Of a DNA stretch of 64,000 nt, positions 8,681 through 16,548 are shown in pieces. Where the stretch lies: the IMG/VR virus record IMGVR_UViG_3300025141_000001; one strand, written 5' to 3'. This DNA is from an uncultured virus (IMG/VR IMGVR_UViG_3300025141_000001) (taxonomy: Duplodnaviria > Heunggongvirae > Uroviricota > Caudoviricetes). The notes beneath the pieces are model-generated. The model was given only the letters and a program-made list of their open reading frames with translations, searched no databases and had not been told where the DNA came from. The position numbers and the translations under genes are program-made. Position 1 is the stretch's first letter. Every line of letters starts with the position of its first letter.

Positions 8681-9286
8681 TTAGTGTTTCCTGTATTGAA
8701 TTTCTTTGACATCTTTGCTCCAGCATGCTCTGCAGTCCATGCACTTGCCGCCCTGATCAGGGGCCGGGCATACATGACCTGCTCTAGGCTCAGTCACGAC
8801 CGTGGACCAATGAGTCCAGGCCTGACCGGGCACGGTATCATTCTTTGCATTGCTTAATCTAATAACTAAATTGGGCGGAATTGTGGATCCCGGAAGAGGC
8901 AAGTACTTGCGCTCCTGAGTGGGTAGCCAGTGCATTGTATCCGGCGTCGCTTCACATACTCTGAAGATCTGTTGAAGGTGCCAGGCCGACTGCAGGTCCC
9001 CTGAGTCGTGCCATCTAAAATGCTTGATCCCCTGTATGAGCTTAACCATAGCCGGCACCCAGTCAGGGTGCTTGAGACTATCCAGTCGGCGTGCTAGTGC
9101 GTCCTTCACGTTGGGGAATCTATACCGGCCCTTCAGCGCATAGCATCCGTGGCACGGGGTCCCTTCAATCAGGGCCAGCTTCGCGCCAGTCTGACAGGCA
9201 GACGCCGGCAGGTTATATGAGCCCTCAGGCATCTTGCCTGGAGCTGATAGGCCTCCGGTTATCTTGCTTGCTTCTTTCTTTAACAT
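8681..9286 (-). CDS. Gp88-like Cys-rich (Fe-S / radical-SAM-like) protein
   Basis: NLPA..C...PCHGCYA, FRWHDSGDL, CPA....KCMDCRACW. Confidence 0.65.
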   Translation of the reverse strand: MLKKEASKITGGLSAPGKMPEGSYNLPASACQTGAKLALIEGTPCHGCYALKGRYRFPNVKDALARRLDSLKHPDWVPAMVKLIQGIKHFRWHDSGDLQSAWHLQQIFRVCEATPDTMHWLPTQERKYLPLPGSTIPPNLVIRLSNAKNDTVPGQAWTHWSTVVTEPRAGHVCPAPDQGGKCMDCRACWSKDVKEIQYRKH

Positions 9287-9302
9287 TTTTTAATTCTACT
9301 TT

Positions 9303-9482
9303 CTAATTGTGGTGAGCTTGTGGCTTGAAGCTTGTATTTTTAATCTTAGTAATTCGAAGAGCGCGCAGCTGCGAGCTGGACAGCGTCCTGCCGCCGTTAA
9401 TATTTAAAAAAGACTCAGGCCGCATGATGCTGCCATCGTGAGCCTGGTATAAAAATGAATATTTAGATTCTTTCTTCAGCAT
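9303..9482 (-). CDS. hypothetical protein (59 aa)
   Basis: Manual translation MLKKESKYSFLYQAHDG...; TAATG-coupled. Confidence 0.5.
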   Translation of the reverse strand: MLKKESKYSFLYQAHDGSIMRPESFLNINGGRTLSSSQLRALRITKIKNTSFKPQAHHN

Positions 9483-9682
9483 TATTTTAATTTTATTTTT
9501 GTTAATTCCATGTTTGATTCTTCATGCAGCTTGTCACTATGATTCAGGATCTTGTCCAGTCCTTCTCGGAGCTCTAGAATTGCTTTAGGTTGTTTGCGTG
9601 CATAAAAATGGTCATCAATTGTTTGAATTGCTTGGACCAGAACAGCGTGTTGCTTGTTTATTTTTTCAATTGTTTTTTTCAT
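9482..9682 (-). CDS. hypothetical protein
   Basis: ORF preceded by GAAAGGA. Confidence 0.6.
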   Translation of the reverse strand: MKKTIEKINKQHAVLVQAIQTIDDHFYARKQPKAILELREGLDKILNHSDKLHEESNMELTKIKLK

Positions 9683-9787
9683 AATTTATTCCTTTCATTG
9701 CTTGCTTGTTTATACTTTTAAATTGTGTTCTTTTTTTGTTGCCCAGGCGCCTGGCTGTGCTAGCCCCGCCGCGCCTGAGCTGAAGAT

Positions 9788-9970
9788 CTACTTCTTCTTA
9801 GAAGCTAAATCTTTATTGATCTTGTTCACGGCAAAATTGCAGCCGAAAGCAAAACCCAGCCAAAGGAGCCTACGCTCTTCTGGCAAACTGTGACCCTGTA
9901 CGTACTCATGGAATTCCTTCTCACTTTTGAAGGTTCTGAAGAGTTCGACAGGTTTAAATCGTGAAGACAT
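9788..9970 (-). CDS. hypothetical protein (probably leaderless)
   Basis: TTGACA-N17-TATTAT-N6-ATG on the minus strand. Confidence 0.6.
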   Translation of the reverse strand: MSSRFKPVELFRTFKSEKEFHEYVQGHSLPEERRLLWLGFAFGCNFAVNKINKDLASKKK

Positions 9971-10202
9971 GCTCCCATAATATCCCAGAGCTCAGGCCCT
10001 GTCAAGTCCTTTCTTGCTCGCTTGTTGGTCCATGCTTGCTTGTGGCTTTTTAACTTTAAATATTTTTCCGCCGGTGTTTGAGCCCCCGTAATAACTTGGC
10101 CAGCATATAGAGTCTAAAAATTTCTCGCAATGCTTAACGTAAGCGCGACTGAGGTCGCGCTTATCGTGGACGAAGTAGTTTAATAAATTGTTGTGTCTAG
10201 AT

Positions 10203-10508
10203 CTAATCAAGTAGCACCATGTATTCTTTAGCAAAGTACTGTCTAAACCAGCCCAGACCATCTCTTACTTTTTGCCAGTCGTTCTGGTGTTCACTGAAGC
10301 CCAGGGCCTGTCCAGTCGCGGCATCCTTACGCTCAGCCTTCAGATTCAGCTGAATGACATGATCATATACAACCGCTGCGAATTCCGGCAGCTGGATCGA
10401 TTCACCACTGAAGGGATTCTGTCTCGTTACTAACTCTGTGCTCAACTCACCAGCTTTTAAATCATATGGCAATTTAAGCTTTTTGTTTTTATAGTTTATT
10501 GTTTTCAT
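10203..10508 (-). CDS. hypothetical protein
   Basis: RBS AGAGGT and promoter TTGACT-N17-TAGGAT; ends EYMVLLD. Confidence 0.65.
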   Translation of the reverse strand: MKTINYKNKKLKLPYDLKAGELSTELVTRQNPFSGESIQLPEFAAVVYDHVIQLNLKAERKDAATGQALGFSEHQNDWQKVRDGLGWFRQYFAKEYMVLLD

Positions 10509-10630
10509 GTTTACCTCTTTCTAATTCCATCCTACAAGATCCCAGAGCTTCAGTCAACCCTGTGTGTGCTTGCTCGTCTATACTTACTTATATTTTTTTT
10601 CATAATTTAGAACTATTCTAAAGTGGCCTT

Positions 10631-10908
10631 GCAGAGAATACAGGATTACGACTCCCTACCATTGCTGGTTTAGTCTGCCCAGTTTTCTCTCTGCTTGACC
10701 CCAGATCCATTAATTAAAGTACTTTAAAGGCCCTCGCATAAAATGCATAGTTAATGGATCAGGGCTCAAGCTTAGTAATTTACCAGTAAATTACTAAGCT
10801 AGGCTCAAGGGCGCCACTAATGAGAAGAGCATTACCTATTTTCAAGTCGTGACGCCGATTGACCTTTGCTTACCATCATCCAGCCGAAGCCAGAATATCA
10901 TCAGCAAA
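10631..10908 (-). ncRNA. candidate structured non-coding RNA (five abutting stem-loops)
   Basis: cUUCGg and GCAA tetraloops and G-U pairs work on the minus strand; no long ORF. Confidence 0.45.
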
Positions 10909-10912
10909 TTCT

Positions 10913-10990
10913 TTAAAACCACCCAAAAATTGTAAAACCCATAATTATATAAATTATGCTTAAACCAATTATAAATAATTTAAATTCCAT
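10913..10990 (-). CDS. small hydrophobic peptide (25 aa)
   Basis: MEFKLFIIGLSIIYIIMGFTIFGWF, preceded by AGGAAAG. Confidence 0.4.
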   Translation of the reverse strand: MEFKLFIIGLSIIYIIMGFTIFGWF

Positions 10991-11007
10991 CTTTCTTTCC
11001 TATTCCT

Positions 11008-11051
11008 ATCCCATATAATCCCTTGACTTTTAAATGTCAAGGGTATAATGT
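11008..11051. promoter_or_regulatory. divergent promoters within the palindrome CCCTTGAC-N8-GTCAAGGG
   Basis: Plus TTGACT...TATAATGT; minus TTGACA-N17-TATATG. Confidence 0.6.
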
Positions 11052-11087
11052 TCTTTTAATTCTAATAATTAACGAAAGGAAAAAACA

Positions 11088-12065
11088 ATGGCTAGAATAA
11101 GACTAAATCAAGAGTACAGAAACAAAATCGCAAATCGTATGCGAGTACATCTTGAAGCTGAGGACACGCAAGAAAAAGAGGCATATCTAAAATCAAGGGA
11201 AGAAATGAAACCTTTACAAGATATTACTTGGCAACTTGCACATCAAATAGTTAGACGACACTATACTCCAGAAGATGTTAAAATGGCATATCATCTACAA
11301 AACAAATTTGAAAATGTAGATACTATCGCAAAAGATAGTTGCTTCCATTTTGGCTATCAAGGTCAAGTAGAGGATAGAGATGAAAATGACAAAGTAACAA
11401 TGAAAGACAAATACATTGAAAGTCATTTTGATTTTCGTCTAAATGGCAATATTAATGGAGATGAAAATTCTCGTAATGAGGATTTTGGTTATGCCTATTT
11501 TAGAGATGAACTAAAAGGGCGAGAGGGTTGCAATCCAGATATTAATATTGAGATGAAAGACAAACCAAGCAATCCACACCAAACCAAAGTTTGTGACGCA
11601 AATGACAAATATCTTGGAACGAATGGTGGTAGAGAAAATCAAACCTCTTATTCAAGAGAGTGGAACAATGATTATGTTTTAGATTTAATTGGGCGAGAGT
11701 ATTGCCGAGATAGATCAATCGGTTGTTCAAAAGAGGAATATGATACTCTAATGTTTTGGCAATCTAAAAAAGGACATTTAATAACTTGCCACCAAAAATG
11801 GATTGAGAGCATTTTGAAACAATGCAAATTTGTTAAAGATGTAATCAAAGGTTATAAATATCTTGACGAAGCGATTGAGTTTGCAACTGAAAGCGGATTG
11901 AAATTAAATGACGCAGAAATAATCAGAACTAACTCAACTGGCTTAACTCTTTACAATCCTAAAAATGCGGCTGAAATGTTAAAGAGTATGAAGAATAAAA
12001 ACATAAGCCGAGAACAAAAAATTGCTATGTGGAAAAAAGAGATGAAAGAGAGGGAACAAATATAG
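11088..12065 (+). CDS. hypothetical protein (325 aa, probably early)
   Basis: Long ORF with RBS GAAAGGA and a promoter. Confidence 0.75.
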   Translation: MARIRLNQEYRNKIANRMRVHLEAEDTQEKEAYLKSREEMKPLQDITWQLAHQIVRRHYTPEDVKMAYHLQNKFENVDTIAKDSCFHFGYQGQVEDRDENDKVTMKDKYIESHFDFRLNGNINGDENSRNEDFGYAYFRDELKGREGCNPDINIEMKDKPSNPHQTKVCDANDKYLGTNGGRENQTSYSREWNNDYVLDLIGREYCRDRSIGCSKEEYDTLMFWQSKKGHLITCHQKWIESILKQCKFVKDVIKGYKYLDEAIEFATESGLKLNDAEIIRTNSTGLTLYNPKNAAEMLKSMKNKNISREQKIAMWKKEMKEREQI

Positions 12066-12067
12066 CA

Positions 12068-12105
12068 TTGACAGATGTTGGGATAATGTGTTATTATCCC
12101 AACAT
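12068..12105 (+). promoter_or_regulatory. promoter overlapped by a 13-bp inverted-repeat operator
   Basis: TTGACA at 12068; ATGTTGGGATAAT-N5-ATTATCCCAACAT. Confidence 0.6.
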
Positions 12106-12132
12106 TAATAACAACTAACGAAAGGACGAAAG

Positions 12133-12321
12133 ATGGACGTAAATAAAAAGTTCAAAATCAAATACACAAAACAAGATGGTGAAGAAGTCAGAAGATTTGG
12201 CATTATTACTGATACTTGTAGAGGTATTGGAAAAAGACAAAAAGACAATAAACCATTTTTACATTATTGGGATATTGAAAAACAAGGTTATAGATACGCA
12301 ACTAACTGGGAGATACTATGA
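12133..12321 (+). CDS. hypothetical SH3/WYL-like small protein
   Basis: I.YTKQDGEEVRR.G...YWDIEKQGYR pattern. Confidence 0.5.
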   Translation: MDVNKKFKIKYTKQDGEEVRRFGIITDTCRGIGKRQKDNKPFLHYWDIEKQGYRYATNWEIL

Positions 12322-12587
12322 AACAAATAAAAAGAGCAGTTGACGATAGACTTCCACCTTGGCTTCATTCTAGGTTTTTGAGTGCAGTTGATTATATTTG
12401 GCAAGTTAAAGGTAATAATGAAGAAAGCATAAAACGAGTTGAGAATGTTATGAATAGTGGACACTTCACAGATGAAGAAATGTCTTGGATAATGTTGCTC
12501 TTAATTATGCCTAAAGTAAATAAGATGATTAAGGAAACAAGAGAGTGGCAAGACTTTCAAGAGATGAAGAAAGAGAGTGTGCATTAA
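12318..12587 (+). CDS. hypothetical protein
   Basis: ATGA-coupled ORF with GGAG. Confidence 0.6.
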   Translation: MKQIKRAVDDRLPPWLHSRFLSAVDYIWQVKGNNEESIKRVENVMNSGHFTDEEMSWIMLLLIMPKVNKMIKETREWQDFQEMKKESVH

Positions 12588-12955
12588 TGGCTATGAAATA
12601 TTGCCAAGGACCAAAGTGTCATCAATATAAAACTAAAGATAGAATACGAGGACCGAAAGGCGCCAAGTATTATCAGACTAGAAGAAGATCAAGCTTTCAT
12701 TATCTTGGTGGCAATGCGTGTTCAATGAATTGTGAACGCGATTGGTATGAGAAGTTTGGCGAGATGGCGCTCAATCACTTCGGCAGAATAGTTGAGCCTA
12801 TTAGACTAACAGAAGAAAATGCGTGGGCTAAAGATTATGATTATGATTGGCAAACTGGAACGACATCGAATTGGCGATGGGTTAATCATTTAAGCAATCA
12901 ACGCATACCAATGACCAAGGAACAATATGACAATCCAAGTTTAGTTCGTCCATAA
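12587..12955 (+). CDS. Zn-binding hypothetical protein
   Basis: CQGPKC ... ACSMNC (treble-clef-like). Confidence 0.6.
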   Translation: MAMKYCQGPKCHQYKTKDRIRGPKGAKYYQTRRRSSFHYLGGNACSMNCERDWYEKFGEMALNHFGRIVEPIRLTEENAWAKDYDYDWQTGTTSNWRWVNHLSNQRIPMTKEQYDNPSLVRP

Positions 12956-12961
12956 CTAAAA

Positions 12962-12988
12962 CCGACGAGCCGCTCCGCGGCTCGTCGG
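12962..12988. terminator. perfect GC-rich hairpin
   Basis: CCGACGAGCCGC-TCC-GCGGCTCGTCGG; a U-tract follows only on the minus strand. Confidence 0.55.
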
Positions 12989-13142
12989 GCGCATCCCCTT
13001 CAAGAGGTCCCAACTCCCAACCAACCACGAAACGCGATCCACCCCCCCAACCCCCTAAAGTTAAAAAGGGGTCCCACTACTTTTGGTTGAATTGCTTGAT
13101 TTAGAGTGACAGCCGTGTTAAAAACTTGTCGGGACTCCTAGT

Positions 13143-14612
13143 ATGAACCTAGATAATATAGATATTAGTAAATTGCCTGCCGATGTTAGAAAGACCTACA
13201 AGCGTTATCAGGTGATGCACGCAGAAAAAAAGATACAGAACCGAGCTAAAGAGGACTTTCTTTCTTTTGTTAAGTGCGTCTGGCCTGATTTCATTGAAGG
13301 GTCCCATCACAGGCACGTTGCAAAAAAATTTAATAAATTAGCCACGGGCGAAATTAAAAGATTAATTATTAATATGCCACCACGGCATACAAAATCTGAA
13401 TTTGCGTCTTATCTGCTACCGGCATGGATGGTGGGCCGTAATCCAAAATTGAAGATCATTCAAGCGACCCACACGGGTGAGCTCGCGATCAGGTTCGGTC
13501 GTAAAGCAAAGAACTTAATTGACTCCCAGGAATATGCTAAAATTTTCAAAACTCGTCTACAAGAGGACTCCAAGGCCGCTGGTCGGTGGGAGACGGCTCA
13601 AGGAGGTGAATATTTCGCCGCTGGTGTTGGAGGAGCAATCACGGGCCGTGGAGCAGATTTACTGATTATTGATGATCCGCACTCGGAACAAGACGCATTG
13701 TCGGCGACATCCATGGAATCGGCGTACGAATGGTACACCTCAGGACCAAGACAACGTCTTCAGCCCGGAGCTTCTATTATTTTAGTCATGACGCGTTGGT
13801 CCACTAAAGATTTGACTGGATTATTATTAAAAAATCAAAAAGAAGTGAAAGCGGATCAGTGGGAAGTCGTAGAATTTCCAGCGATCTTGGAAGATGGTGA
13901 ACCGGTTTGGCCAGAATATTGGAAAAGAGACGAATTAGAGAAGGTTAAAGCAACTTTACCCGTTGCAAAATGGAATGCCCAATGGATGCAAGGGCCAACT
14001 TCTGAAGAAGGAGCGATTTTAAAGCGAGAATGGTGGAGAAAATGGAAAAAAGATTGGATTCCTCAACTTCATCATGTCATTCAATCTTACGATACTGCGT
14101 TTTTGAAGAAAGAAACGGCAGATTTCAGTGCAATTACCACTTGGGGCGTGTTTTATGAAAATGAAGACTCGGCTGCTAATTTAATTTTACTCGATTCTGT
14201 CAAAGGTCGGTGGGAATTTCCGGATTTACGAAGAAGAGCGCTTCAACAATACAAATATTGGAATCCCGAAACCGTGATCGTGGAAAGTAAAGCTTCAGGA
14301 TTGCCTTTAACCTACGAACTTCGTCAAATGGATATTCCGGTCGTGAACTTCACGCCATCAAAAGGAAACGACAAGCATGCACGTGTCAATTCGGTTGCAC
14401 CTTTGTTCGAATCTGGTATGATATGGGCGCCGGAGCAGAAATTCGCGGAAGAAGTCATCGAAGAGTGCGCAGCGTTCCCATATGGGGACAATGATGACTT
14501 AGTGGACAGTACCACGCAAGCCGTGATGCGCTTTAGACAGGGTGGATTCCTCGCTCACCCCGAAGATTACAAAGAGGACAAGGTAGATCACACAGATAGG
14601 ACATATTACTAA
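13143..14612 (+). CDS. terL: terminase large subunit
   Basis: Walker A-like MPPRHTKS, Walker B LLIIDDP, nuclease SYDTA...DFSA, ESKASG, DDLVDS. Confidence 0.95.
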   Translation: MNLDNIDISKLPADVRKTYKRYQVMHAEKKIQNRAKEDFLSFVKCVWPDFIEGSHHRHVAKKFNKLATGEIKRLIINMPPRHTKSEFASYLLPAWMVGRNPKLKIIQATHTGELAIRFGRKAKNLIDSQEYAKIFKTRLQEDSKAAGRWETAQGGEYFAAGVGGAITGRGADLLIIDDPHSEQDALSATSMESAYEWYTSGPRQRLQPGASIILVMTRWSTKDLTGLLLKNQKEVKADQWEVVEFPAILEDGEPVWPEYWKRDELEKVKATLPVAKWNAQWMQGPTSEEGAILKREWWRKWKKDWIPQLHHVIQSYDTAFLKKETADFSAITTWGVFYENEDSAANLILLDSVKGRWEFPDLRRRALQQYKYWNPETVIVESKASGLPLTYELRQMDIPVVNFTPSKGNDKHARVNSVAPLFESGMIWAPEQKFAEEVIEECAAFPYGDNDDLVDSTTQAVMRFRQGGFLAHPEDYKEDKVDHTDRTYY

Positions 14613-14854
14613 TGAGCGGACCAATAATAATTAAAGGATTTCCTAAACTAGCTAAAAAAGGCTGGAAAAAATTGACAGCGAATAAAGATGCACTTCGTCT
14701 TAAAGAGATTAATGAAAAATTAAAAAAGACTCCTGAAAAAGCGCATATCCCTGGCTTTACGGAAAAAGCAAGTGTTAGACAAGATGTAGCTGAAGATTAT
14801 GCTCAGGAAGTGGCGGACATTTATGCACGTTCCAAAGCGAAGGATAAAAAATAA
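14612..14854 (+). CDS. hypothetical protein
   Basis: TAATG-coupled at both ends. Confidence 0.6.
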   Translation: MSGPIIIKGFPKLAKKGWKKLTANKDALRLKEINEKLKKTPEKAHIPGFTEKASVRQDVAEDYAQEVADIYARSKAKDKK

Positions 14855-16548
14855 TGAAAAAAGAACTTTTTAAACTTATTGTTGCTGAATTTCAAAAATT
14901 AGGAATTGATCCCACTCAATGGTTAGGGATGAGAACCAATGTTAAGAGAATGAACAAAAAAAACATGGCCGATTCGGTTATGAACGAATATGCCGTGAAT
15001 AATGAAATTGACCAACATGGTTTAGAGCGAATTAAGAAATTATTCAGTGAAGAAGCTAAATATCTTGGACAACTCAATGACCAACAAGCGGGAACGCTTT
15101 ATCAGAATTTAAAAACCCTAAATAAAATTGTAACTCCTGCTCCACAGCCAGAAGCACAGATTTATCAGTTTTCTAAAAAACCTGGGGATCCTATCACCCC
15201 AGACGAATACACTTCTAAAAGTGTGGCCGATCAACAAAAGATTCAAAGCGCTATGTTGAACCAGGCGATGAAAGTATCAGCGGTAGATCGAACGTTGGCG
15301 AAACGATTGAATTTAGACATGTCTAAAGTCTCCGATTGGGAGAAATTACAAACCTGGAAAGACAGACATGGCGTTCCGGACTGGGCTAAAGATACAAAAG
15401 AGGGAGTCGGGTCTTTATTTAAAGTTGTAGAAGATAACCCTTTAGCCGATGTACAGACACAGTTAGACTTGATTGAAAAGGAAGGAAAATCTTTAGTTCA
15501 ACAAGCACAAGAGCTAGCGGATAAAGCTTGGGAAATGTCTCCTGAAGGAATGGCTTATCGTGAGATGGTTCGAAAAGATATTCTACGAAGAGAGAGTGAA
15601 GGCAAAGGTTTTGCAGGTGGAGTCTTTGGCGACAGATCCGATGGCTTTTATAGAGCTCTCGTTAGACCCTTTTTAATTGCTCAACATGAAAAAGGAAAAA
15701 TTAAGTTGGCCGACAACGTTTTAGAATCTTTAAAGAACAGTGATGACATTAAATCGGGTGGTGGCATGGATTTCATGTACCCTGATCCGGTCAGAGTGTT
15801 CCGTCAACATTATGGCGATGATGCTTTCGATTTAATTCCAGATTTAGAAAAATTTGGTATGGGACCTTCAGGTTATGGACCCACGAGCGAAACGAGAATT
15901 AAAGTTTTAGAAGAAGTCCTTGGAGAACCGATTATGAAAGTCGGATCCGACAAACCTGGTGATTATTTAACCAAAGGAGAGTTTCAAGCAAAATTAGATC
16001 ATGAAGATGAAGTCAAAGGGTATATTGACAGACGTGAAGGTCGATTTGGAGATATGGACTCAAAAGAAATTGCTCAAGAATTAGCTGAGCGTGAGCACAG
16101 AAAAATGACGCTAACTAAATTAATGAATGATGCGTATCCAACATCTAAAAAATCTACACAAGTGGTAGATGATTGGGAAGGAGAAGCATGGGATGCAGGA
16201 CGAGATGCGACCGATAGTTTAACTGGAGAAAAAGAAATTATAAAAAGAGCTAAAAAGAAAGATCCTTTTGGAATTAGACTGATGAAGAATTTTGATCAAG
16301 ACTTAACCGATGAAGGTTTAGCTCAGGAAGGTTATAACCTTCAAGAAATTGATATTCTTAAACGAGCAAGAAATGTCATGAAAGATCCTGAAAAAGATGT
16401 CAGACATCCAACCGAAGCGATGCGTTGGGTTCGAGGGGATATGGCTGATGAAGCGGGAGTGGATATTGATGAGTTCATGACCGATTTTAATTGGGATGAT
16501 AAATATGCTCAAGGCGGTGGCGTCGGCTCCATGTTTAGGAGAGTTTGA
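14854..16548 (+). CDS. hypothetical (probable internal virion) protein with C-terminal YAQGG motif
   Basis: 564-aa ORF between terL and portal. Confidence 0.7.
   Translation: MKKELFKLIVAEFQKLGIDPTQWLGMRTNVKRMNKKNMADSVMNEYAVNNEIDQHGLERIKKLFSEEAKYLGQLNDQQAGTLYQNLKTLNKIVTPAPQPEAQIYQFSKKPGDPITPDEYTSKSVADQQKIQSAMLNQAMKVSAVDRTLAKRLNLDMSKVSDWEKLQTWKDRHGVPDWAKDTKEGVGSLFKVVEDNPLADVQTQLDLIEKEGKSLVQQAQELADKAWEMSPEGMAYREMVRKDILRRESEGKGFAGGVFGDRSDGFYRALVRPFLIAQHEKGKIKLADNVLESLKNSDDIKSGGGMDFMYPDPVRVFRQHYGDDAFDLIPDLEKFGMGPSGYGPTSETRIKVLEEVLGEPIMKVGSDKPGDYLTKGEFQAKLDHEDEVKGYIDRREGRFGDMDSKEIAQELAEREHRKMTLTKLMNDAYPTSKKSTQVVDDWEGEAWDAGRDATDSLTGEKEIIKRAKKKDPFGIRLMKNFDQDLTDEGLAQEGYNLQEIDILKRARNVMKDPEKDVRHPTEAMRWVRGDMADEAGVDIDEFMTDFNWDDKYAQGGGVGSMFRRV

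Noticed and set aside
8527..8857. ORFs 8527..8775 (-) and 8543..8857 (+)
   Set aside because: They overlap better-supported genes, and their low-complexity parts come from the GCTTG repeats.
9992..10261. 89-aa minus-strand ORF
   Set aside because: Start uncertain and overlapping the upstream gene; a shorter gene may exist but could not be delimited.
10869..10908. CUGAUGA on the minus strand suggesting a hammerhead ribozyme
   Set aside because: No GAAA directly after the stem and no stems I/III in the required geometry.
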